Source: a virus (Duplodnaviria > Caudoviricetes). From it: a stretch of 64,000 nucleotides of DNA. The position numbers and the translations under genes are program-made. The notes under the pieces were generated by a model. That model saw nothing but the letters and a program-made list of their open reading frames with translations, was not told the DNA's origin and did not search any database. The DNA lies in the IMG/VR virus record IMGVR_UViG_3300033066_001351, positions 30,568 to 94,567 of that record; one strand, written 5' to 3'. This document shows, piece after piece, positions 56,213 to 64,000 of this stretch (positions are counted from its first letter, which is position 1; every line of letters begins with the position of its first letter).

Positions 56213-58521
56213 GACTCACCTCCCAAAACAGCCTCGTATTCCTCGCCGGTCATGCCGAATGTCGATGCCACGGCGTTGCGCGCCGTCAAAGCCTGCGCTT
56301 CGCCCAACTCACCATTTGGATCCATAGGATCCGGCAGCGGCTCGCAGTTGTCCATCACCGGCAGAATGTAGTTGCGGAATGACCCGTCCGGCTCCGGCGA
56401 CCGATTGACAACCCGCAGAAACAGACCACCAGGCCCCTTCATCAAGGTGCCGTAGCGCTCATCGTGATCCAGCACGACCGCGCCGCACTCATCGGCATAA
56501 CGATCCCAGCCGAAGCGCTCGATCATCACGCGCTGGACTTCCGTATTGTCCTCCTTGTGGATGCTATCAACCGTGATGCGCTCGTGATGCAGGACCACCC
56601 ACGCCGGAACCCGGACGCCGTGGATGGCATAGAGCGCCGATCCATCGCGCCACCGGCAGAACGGGCCGGTCTCATTGTGGGGGCGGTTCTGTTCGTCCAC
56701 CGTCAGTAGCTCCGGGCGGTCCGAAATCATGCAAAAATCAGCATGAACCAGCCGCGGCCCCGACAACTCGCTCAGGTCCGAATAGTGCTTATAGGCGTCG
56801 TATTCGGGCAGCTTCAGACCCACCACGTCACGGAAGAACGTCAGATACGAATCCCACGCCGACCACTGGTTGCCGCCTTGACCGATCCGCCAGATGGATT
56901 GCGCGCACGCAAGCCCAAAGTCACCCAGACCGAGATCGTGGGACAGGCGGTGCATGGCGGCGGTATCGAACTGATACCAGGTAAGGTCGCTGGGGGGAGT
57001 TGGGGCTGACGCCCCCTTGGACGCCCCGCTAGCGCTACCGGGCAGATTAAGGGACATCGTTAGACCGCTGATAGGATTAACCGCTGTGCTAAGGGCGGCA
57101 TCAAGAGTCTGATGCGTTATGGTGCGGTGTGTAGCCTCAAACGCGTTGTTTATGTTGGATGTGTACACATGGTTGGACGCGACGTTATCAGTGGCCGCGG
57201 CGGTATTATCATCCAATACGCCTTTGATCGCGTCTCTCCTATTATAACTGCTGATACCAAAATCAACGGCCTTGGCAGCGTCGTCCGACGCTTTAGCCTG
57301 CGCATCAAGTTGAACAGCATAGATGTTATACACATCGCGGCGGTTAACGCCTAAGAAGCCATCAAGGGTTTCGTCCCGTGTAGCGTTATCCAAAGACTGA
57401 GTGACGGCATCGAACATATCGCTCTCGGAAACCTTCTGGACAGCGCGGTCCGTAGCGCGATCGGTGGCGGCGCGGGCGTCGTCCGTCGCCTCAAACATAA
57501 CCCCTGAAGTGGTTTCAAGCGTAGATGAGACTACAACATCACTCACGGCTGTTTTAGTCATATCAAACACGTAACTGGTGGGTTCGTCGAGGAGACTTAG
57601 GCTGTTTAAAGTTCTGTTGCTAATACTTTCGGTTGTATTGTTCACCTTGGGATCAGTGGCGGCGCGGACAGCCTCTTGCGTAGCATCAACCGCGGGGGTG
57701 TAAGTGGCTTCGCGTATATTACCCACTGCTAGAACGCCACCGGCGCCGGGATACAAGGTGTACACGGCGGTGCCGATCTTATCCCGAACATCGTATGCGG
57801 CTTCGCTGACGGTTTCGTCTACTTCGTATGCGGCGTCCACTGCCAAGGCATCATATATCGCATCGGACATAGCCACTTCTACAGCATCATACGCCGCAGC
57901 AGATACAGCGAGATTCACCGCATGATAGACGACACCCCTGATATGTTTGTAATCGCGAACGCCGACGGCCTTATAGATGGCGGTTGTAGCCGCGCCACCT
58001 ATAGCGGCATCTGCAATATGTTGTCCGGCGTCCTTCCAGGCTTCGTTGATGATGCCAGCCGCCGCTTCACCTGTGATATCATGCGTCGCGTCTAAAATCG
58101 CGGCACGCAACTCAACTTTCTGTAGAGAAAGCGCTGCGTTGAATACAATCTCTCTATCGAGATCGTCGACCGTGTAGCGCGTCGCGAACCGCGTGCTATC
58201 GCTCGTGATATCCTGCGTGATTCTACGCGTTTCGATATCAACAACGTGAACCGCGGGCGTCACGTCCATTCCGTTATGCCGCCGGTGCCAGATCGCTGCG
58301 GCGAAGCCGCCGGCAAAAGTCATCACGAACGGTGACGGGACAAACACAACGGCCTTCGGCGGCGGCAGGTTGGCTGCCTCATACATTCCATGCACCGCGC
58401 GGGCACAGTGCTCCCGATCCGCGTCGGTCATCGGCACCGTGGACATAGCATTTGTGATCCACTTGTCGCGCCATGCCGGCAGTTGCGCGCGGTGTTCGTC
58501 GGTCAGTGTATATTTTGTCAT
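56209..58521 (-). CDS. DUF6745-like protein with long Ala/Asp/Thr-rich central insert
   Basis: C-terminal SDRPELL..DEQNRPHNETGP...WRDG..LYAIHGVRVP...NTEVQRVMIERFGW...VVNRSPEPDG. Confidence 0.7.
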   Translation of the reverse strand: MTKYTLTDEHRAQLPAWRDKWITNAMSTVPMTDADREHCARAVHGMYEAANLPPPKAVVFVPSPFVMTFAGGFAAAIWHRRHNGMDVTPAVHVVDIETRRITQDITSDSTRFATRYTVDDLDREIVFNAALSLQKVELRAAILDATHDITGEAAAGIINEAWKDAGQHIADAAIGGAATTAIYKAVGVRDYKHIRGVVYHAVNLAVSAAAYDAVEVAMSDAIYDALAVDAAYEVDETVSEAAYDVRDKIGTAVYTLYPGAGGVLAVGNIREATYTPAVDATQEAVRAATDPKVNNTTESISNRTLNSLSLLDEPTSYVFDMTKTAVSDVVVSSTLETTSGVMFEATDDARAATDRATDRAVQKVSESDMFDAVTQSLDNATRDETLDGFLGVNRRDVYNIYAVQLDAQAKASDDAAKAVDFGISSYNRRDAIKGVLDDNTAAATDNVASNHVYTSNINNAFEATHRTITHQTLDAALSTAVNPISGLTMSLNLPGSASGASKGASAPTPPSDLTWYQFDTAAMHRLSHDLGLGDFGLACAQSIWRIGQGGNQWSAWDSYLTFFRDVVGLKLPEYDAYKHYSDLSELSGPRLVHADFCMISDRPELLTVDEQNRPHNETGPFCRWRDGSALYAIHGVRVPAWVVLHHERITVDSIHKEDNTEVQRVMIERFGWDRYADECGAVVLDHDERYGTLMKGPGGLFLRVVNRSPEPDGSFRNYILPVMDNCEPLPDPMDPNGELGEAQALTARNAVASTFGMTGEEYEAVLGGES

Positions 58522-58574
58522 GTTGTTCTCCTTGACAGGGGAATGACGGTGCTTCAGCACCGTCATTTGCAGTT

Positions 58575-58898
58575 TCAGTCAGCGACGCGCTGCACGACGC
58601 CGGTTCGGGCCACGCGCTGGATCCGGACGTCATACTTGCCTGGTGCCAGCATCAGTGTGCTGTGCTCCTGGTGATCCAGCGGCGTCGTGGTCTTGGCCTC
58701 AACATACATCTGACCGCCGTTGCCGTCGTCGCGGAACAGCACCGCGCCGCGCATATGTGGGAATGAGTGATGATGGCCGGTGGCTTCGCCGCGTGCCACG
58801 ATCAGGCGCTCGTTCTCAGGGTCCACGGCGGTTGCCGTCTTGGGAATGGACTTGCTCGGGACGATCAGAACGTCGCCCTGGCGGATAGCTGTCTTCAT
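58575..58898 (-). CDS. Conserved His-motif partner of DUF6745
   Basis: RQGDVL, ARGEATGHHH, HQEH, PGKYDVRIQR. Confidence 0.75.
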   Translation of the reverse strand: MKTAIRQGDVLIVPSKSIPKTATAVDPENERLIVARGEATGHHHSFPHMRGAVLFRDDGNGGQMYVEAKTTTPLDHQEHSTLMLAPGKYDVRIQRVARTGVVQRVAD

Positions 58899-58930
58899 GG
58901 TGTGGTGTTCCTTTTGTGGTAGGGGTTTAG

Positions 58931-61900
58931 TTATGCGGTAGCGCCAGACGCCGCAATGGCGCACAGCGCTTCACCGAGTTCCTTGGCGGCGGCGTGGGAC
59001 AGGTGGAAGGCGTTCTTGATCGCGCCGAATACGAATGTGAAAATAACCCGGTTAGGAGCACCGCGGTTAACCGCAACGCACAAACCATTCGCGTCCTTAA
59101 ACTCTACGCGTTCAAAGAACGGCATTTCCGCCGTATCAACACAGGCGATCAGATTACGCCCTGTTTCGTCGGCTTCGCGATCCCACAGATACGTCTCGCA
59201 GGTGATCCCCGCCGCGAAGAAGGTCAGCACAACCGCGGCGCCCTTGCGGGACGCGAACACGATCGTGTTATCGAGGCCGGTCTTGATGTCGGGTGATTGA
59301 TCCATTTTTGTGTGCTCCTTTGTGTCCGACTTTTATAGCGGGGTGCGGGTTGGTGCCGCAAGGGAAATCGTCAGAGTTTGATCGCTTTCTTCACCAAGTA
59401 CACGTCCGGCGAGAAAATGGCGGCGTAGGTCCATGGGTCCAGGAGTTGGCATAGGGCCGTCACCGACGCGAATAAACACACGCACGCCAGCATTATCCCT
59501 GCAAAAACATAAGGCCCAAGGTCTTTAGCCTCATCGACGTTGGTAGCCGCCACGTAGCACTTCCTTACCATCCACCCACTCACGACGGCGATCACCAACG
59601 CCACGACGCCGCCCGCCAAGTTGGCGTACCCTTGAAACCGCGTCGCCGCGAGAACTGTATCGGCCAGATGCGGCCCATACTTGTCGGCGAAGGCGGTCAA
59701 ACGTGTTGCTAGTTCGTCCATCAGGTTGTTCCTTCTGCTTTGGCGATAGCCAGTCGAAGATTATAGAAAGCCGTTTGCGCGGCACCGAGTTCGGGGGCGC
59801 AGATGGCGATTGGATCGGCCCACGCCACAACCTGCTTAGCGGCTGCCAGAAGATCAGGTGCCGCGTCCCGAACCAGACTAAGAGATAATCCGTATTTATA
59901 GGCGCGCTCTCGCGCTACCTCACGCAACGTCGTCAGTTGCTGTGTCGCGTTATCCGCGGCAGCGTTAAGTGAGTCGTCCGTCATGACCGTGGCCCCAGCG
60001 GCAGCGCGCGGAAGTGCGTAACAGTCCGCAGTGTGCAAACACACCATCCCGCGTCCTTATGGTATGCCGCCGTTGTAATCATGGATGAAAGATACTCATA
60101 CGGCGGCGCGTACACGAGTACCACCGTCCCATCGGTCGGCGCTTCTGCGATAGGGCGCCACAGTTCGGCATCATACGTAACAATAGCACACTTAGCATAT
60201 GCACGAGTGAGCGCATCCAAGCCGGGACCCGCAGCATCAGACGGCATCGCGTCCAGCGCGCGACAAGCGGCGTTGAAAGCCTTCTCGTCCATTTCCATCA
60301 CACATCTCCTTCCATCAACTTGATATTGTTCTGCAAAATCGCCGCGAAGTCAGCGAGTGCCTGGACATAACCGCGGTTGTAGGCGTCCTGGTTGGCGCGC
60401 TTGCGAGGATCCGCCGCCATGGCTTGGCGCTGTTTCTGCAGAATATCCAGCGCGCTCTTGAGGCCGGGGGTGAGGGGGTGGTTCATGTCAGTCTTCCTCA
60501 TTCTCGTAAGGGACCATATCGCCCCAGTCGGGATCATCCACGGCGCCGAGTGATCCTTCGGCCCATTGAGCACACACCTGACGCCGGGTTGTGTAGGTCC
60601 GCGCGAAACGACTGTCAGATGACAAGCACATGGCTTTCACGCCGGTTTCATCGGCCATCGCCAGCAACTCCGACCAGTAGCGGCAGCCGCCGCAATTCTG
60701 AGTGCCGTCATAATCGCGGTGATCGTCGCTCATCACCTGATCTCCCCCTTCAGCCATTCAACGGTGGCGCCTCTGTTGCGGAGAATTGCGGGGATAATGC
60801 TTGTCAGACCATTACACAGATCGCGCACGTCTTGTGCCGTGAAATGCACGGGCTTCGACGTCCTCTCTTCCGTCGCCGTCGGCGCCGCACACGCCGCGCC
60901 AAGCATCTCCCCGATCTCATCGGGTGTCTCAAGAACCGCGAAAGGTTCCTGTTTATAACACTGCACACGCGAACCAGTGCCGGTGGCGAGGCGAGGGATA
61001 ATGCGCGCGATATCCTTCGTCGGCACGACGATAGGTGATATGTCCGGCATCGTCAGACGGATGAAGTCAACCATTGTTTTCGTCCTCCAGCATCGTGAAA
61101 TACCGCTCGGAAAATATGCCAACCATGTTTTCATGCGGCGGCATGTTAAGGTTTTCCATCTGGTGCATCGCCTGGCCGATCAGCCACCGACCCGTACGGT
61201 CCGCCGTGAAGCTATCAAGTGGTTCGCCAACAAACTCATAGACGACGAAGCCAGACCGTTTGAGGCAGTCCACAACCTTGGGATAATCCTGGTTGATGAC
61301 GCCGATGTCATTGGTTGCTTCAGCGTAGTCCGCCAACCAGGATACCGCTTCCGAAGTGCTGGCGAAGGTTGTTTGGGGGAAATCCGTCGTCATGAGGCTA
61401 TCGTGCGCGCGTTGCTTTTTTGCGAGTTCCTTCGCACGCCGCTTCGCCGACGCGATGCCTTCGGGACTAGCGCGCCACCTGGCGGCGGACTCCTCGCAAA
61501 GCCGGTCGTAGGTCGCCAGGGCTTCGTCCTCGGTCTGCGTCGGTGACACGACCATCGTGATGTCGTTGAACTTGAAGCGATGGGTCTGGTTATACATTTG
61601 CGAGCGAGAAAGAGCGCCGCGGATAGCGGTAGTGATATGCGTCCCAGCAGGAAGACCGGCGTCAAAATCAATAATTTCTTCGGTCATGGGTTTTGTGCTC
61701 CTTGTTGGTGTTCCCATCATGCCGGCGGCGGTAGGCTATGTCAACGGAAAAATACGAGGCCGATCACAATTCAAACTCTTCGATCAAAGCCTTGATCGTG
61801 GCCTCGAACACTGTAGCCGGGTCCGCCAACGCCGCGTCGTGCTTTTCCTTTACATACGGGAGGGCGTTCTTCATATCGACCAGGTGCTGCAGCACCGTCA

Positions 61901-63264
61901 GAACCGCGCGGTCGGCTTGAATACCGTATCCATTGGGGTTCTTAGGTACATGGAAAATGTTGACGTCGGTGTCTTCTAGGACATCGCACAACGCGTCCAT
62001 TAGATTTTCGGTCGGATAACGGACACTGGGTGTTGGGTCAATCACGGCAGCCACTCCTTCAGCCAAGCTACGACGCCGGTGCGCCGCGGGGTTGTACGGG
62101 TATCAGGCCTTCAATGGTCACAGTTCGCGGCTCCGAACCGGTCACGACAAAAACACCGTTGAAGTCGGACACAGGTGAATAGCGCCAATAGGGAGCCATA
62201 AACGTGTAGAACCGCTGGTCACGCAAACGCCGCCGTTGTTTATGGCGTTGAGGGGATTTCTTCATGGGTGCATGAATCCTGTTACGGACACCGCTACCAG
62301 AACATACAACCCAGCAAAGACGACGCCGAAAAGGACAGCCAGAATGGTTGCTGAATGTTTCACGTCACACTCCCCACAACAAAAACACAAGTAAACCGGC
62401 CCAAAGCGAAAAGAACGCGATGGAAAACAACAGTGCGATTACTTTGATCGCGTAGACGAGTCTGGGGTTCACGGGTTTGTTGCTTCTTCGCAGCGCGACT
62501 GCAGGATACGAAAGTTCTCCATTTCCGTCGCCGTCAGCATGCAGGCGTGGTCCAGCACGATATTGAGCATGTACACGCCACGCAAAGTGCCAAACATGTC
62601 CGCTGTCGTAAAGTGCAAATCACTGCGCCCCAGCGAAATAGCCATTCGCTTTGTGTAGTTAATAGACGCTGTGTTTGGGCACACGTAGTACGCATAGCGT
62701 GGCGCTTCTTTCAGTTGCCGGGTTGTGCGACCGGATCCGCGCGCCGTGTCATTCTCCCAGCCAGGTGTGGGGAAGCGTTCCGGCGGGGTTTGCACAGCTT
62801 TCACCTTCCGCGCCCACAAAGCGCACACATAGTCGCCGCGGGTCTTGTCTAGGTGCGTCGGCGGCGTTGTGGGAGGCAGTGGCACGGTGCAGCGCCCAAG
62901 CGAAGTGGGTGCCGTGTGGCCGAGGCTGTAGTGGCAGGTGAGGCAGGTGTTGGGGTTGGGCATTGTGGTGGGGTGCTCCTTATTCGATGTACTCGGCGAT
63001 GCTGCCGAGGGCGTCAATGGCTTCCACCCACGCCGGGTGGTGTATCTCTTTTGAATCCTTGTACAACTCAAGCAGGTCCGCCAGTGCATTGCGCAGCTTC
63101 ACGACCTTGCTTGGCGGTGTAAGCGGCTCGAGCAGCGAGTCCACTTGACGCATCGCCTGGCGCCATCCGGCGCCGAAGCCTACCTTGTGCTCGTCCGCGA
63201 TGCCAGTGTTGTCCGGCAAAAGGAGTGAGAACCTCGGTACGAATGTACGGGTGGGGGAGATCAT
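58931..63264 (-). other. Second cluster of small hypothetical early genes
   Basis: ORFs 58931-59305, 59371-59721 (2 TM), 59981-60301 (WRPIAEAP, DUF551-like), 60733-61074, 61067-61687, 62469-62963 and 62980-63264, several with GGAG RBS. Confidence 0.6.
61716..61744 (-). promoter_or_regulatory. sigma70 promoter
   Basis: TTGACA-N17-CATGAT, followed by AAGGAG and the ATG at 61687. Confidence 0.65.
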
Positions 63265-63278
63265 TGGTTTGGTGCTCC

Positions 63279-63998
63279 TTATTCAACTTCCGAGGGTTCG
63301 CCGTTTTCGTTCAATGTATACCAAACGCCGGGCTTGATGCCGCTCTGACCCACAATGCCGGCCCAGACGTGAGTGATGGCGAAGGTGTTATCACGCCGTG
63401 TCAGAAACAGCGCGTTGCCGTCGGATCCCATGACTCGGCCTCGGTCGCCGGTGGCGGATGCGGCGCCTCGGTCGCCGGTGGCGGATGCGGCGCCTTGGTA
63501 GCCGGTGGCGGATGCGGCGCCTTGGTAGCCGGTGGCGGATGCGGCGCCTCGGTCGCCGGTGGCGGATGCGGCGCCTCGGTCGCCGGTGGCGGATGCGGCG
63601 CCTTGGTAGCCGGTGGCGGATGCGGCGCCTTGGTAGCCGGTGGCGGATGCAGCGCCGTAGTTGCCGGTGGCGGATGCAGCGCCTCGGTCGCCGGTGGCGG
63701 ATGCGGCGCCTTGGTAGCCGGTGGCGGATGCGGCGCCTTGGTCGCCGGTGGCGGATGCAGCGCCGTAGTTGCCGGTGGCGGATGCAGCGCCTTGGTAGCC
63801 AGTGGCGGATGCGGCGCCGTAGTTGCCGGTGGCGGATGCGGCGCCTTGGTAGCCGGTGGCGGATGCGGCGCCTTGGTAGCCGGTGGCGGATGCGGCGCCT
63901 TGGTCGCCGGTGGCGGATGCAGCGCCGTAGTTGCCGGTGGCGGATGCGGCGCCTCGGTGGCCGGTGGCGGATGCAGCGCCATAGTCGCCGGTGGCGGA
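63279..63998 (-). CDS. ASATGxxGA-repeat phage protein (5' end outside the window)
   Basis: The frame reads (ASATG-[DR/YQ/NY/DQ/HR/DY]-GA)n, then RVMGSDGNALFL...VWAGIVGQSGIKPGVWYTLNENGEPSEVE*, a C-terminus seen in known phage proteins. Confidence 0.8.
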   Translation of the reverse strand, partial: SATGDYGAASATGHRGAASATGNYGAASATGDQGAASATGYQGAASATGYQGAASATGNYGAASATGYQGAASATGNYGAASATGDQGAASATGYQGAASATGDRGAASATGNYGAASATGYQGAASATGYQGAASATGDRGAASATGDRGAASATGYQGAASATGYQGAASATGDRGAASATGDRGRVMGSDGNALFLTRRDNTFAITHVWAGIVGQSGIKPGVWYTLNENGEPSEVE

Positions 63999-64000
63999 TG
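63439..64000 (-). repeat. 27-bp tandem repeat, about 21 copies in the window
   Basis: Unit (minus strand): GCATCCGCCACCGGC-NNNNNN-GGCGC(C/T). Confidence 0.95.

Noticed and set aside
63401-63982. ORF-track protein of (HPPPATKAP)n repeats
   Set aside because: Shadow frame of the 27-bp repeat. The ASATGxxGA frame has GC-rich third positions and continues into a recognisable C-terminal domain ending at 63279.
63439-64000. CRISPR array or DGR template/variable repeat
   Set aside because: The variable part is only 6 nt and recurs, so these are not unique spacers. No cas or reverse transcriptase gene is visible in the window, although the NAC codon variation superficially resembles adenine mutagenesis.

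Overview
The window is part of a GC-rich dsDNA tailed-phage genome with podovirus-like organisation. The host is most likely an alphaproteobacterium, based on two Ros/MucR genes, an alpha-type tRNA-Ile2(CAU), a CtrA-like winged helix and a PEP-CTERM protein. Region 1-26 kb (+) is the virion tail module: a depolymerase-like protein, two paralogous fibres, adaptor and nozzle proteins, four internal/ejection proteins (the last with an SLT domain) and a metallophosphoesterase. Region 26-37.3 kb (-) is the replication module: family A DNA polymerase, SSB, DUF2800 nuclease, SNF2-like helicase and RusA. Region 37.4-44.8 kb (+) covers nucleotide metabolism: DUF1937, a small DPPY methyltransferase, ThyX, dNMP kinase, Fic, a DEDDh exonuclease and NrdJ. 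Region 45-64 kb (-) holds many small early genes behind repeated sigma70 promoters. The main finding is that polA is fractured inside its conserved TxR(F/L)S motif by a naturally split intein: a ~100-aa IntN and a ~24-aa IntC with Ser+1. A GIY-YIG endonuclease sits between the halves in another frame, with a C-CCA-AAA slippery heptamer in the IntN/endonuclease overlap. Other notable items are an Acb2-like anti-CBASS sponge, an apparently inactivated MazG-like protein, three candidate DNA or nucleotide modification enzymes, a recurring [FYL]-[AK]-x-G-G motif in the ejection proteins, and a phage PEP-CTERM protein. Terminase, portal, capsid, primase and integrase were not seen. All family calls come from motif recognition by eye; no searches were run.
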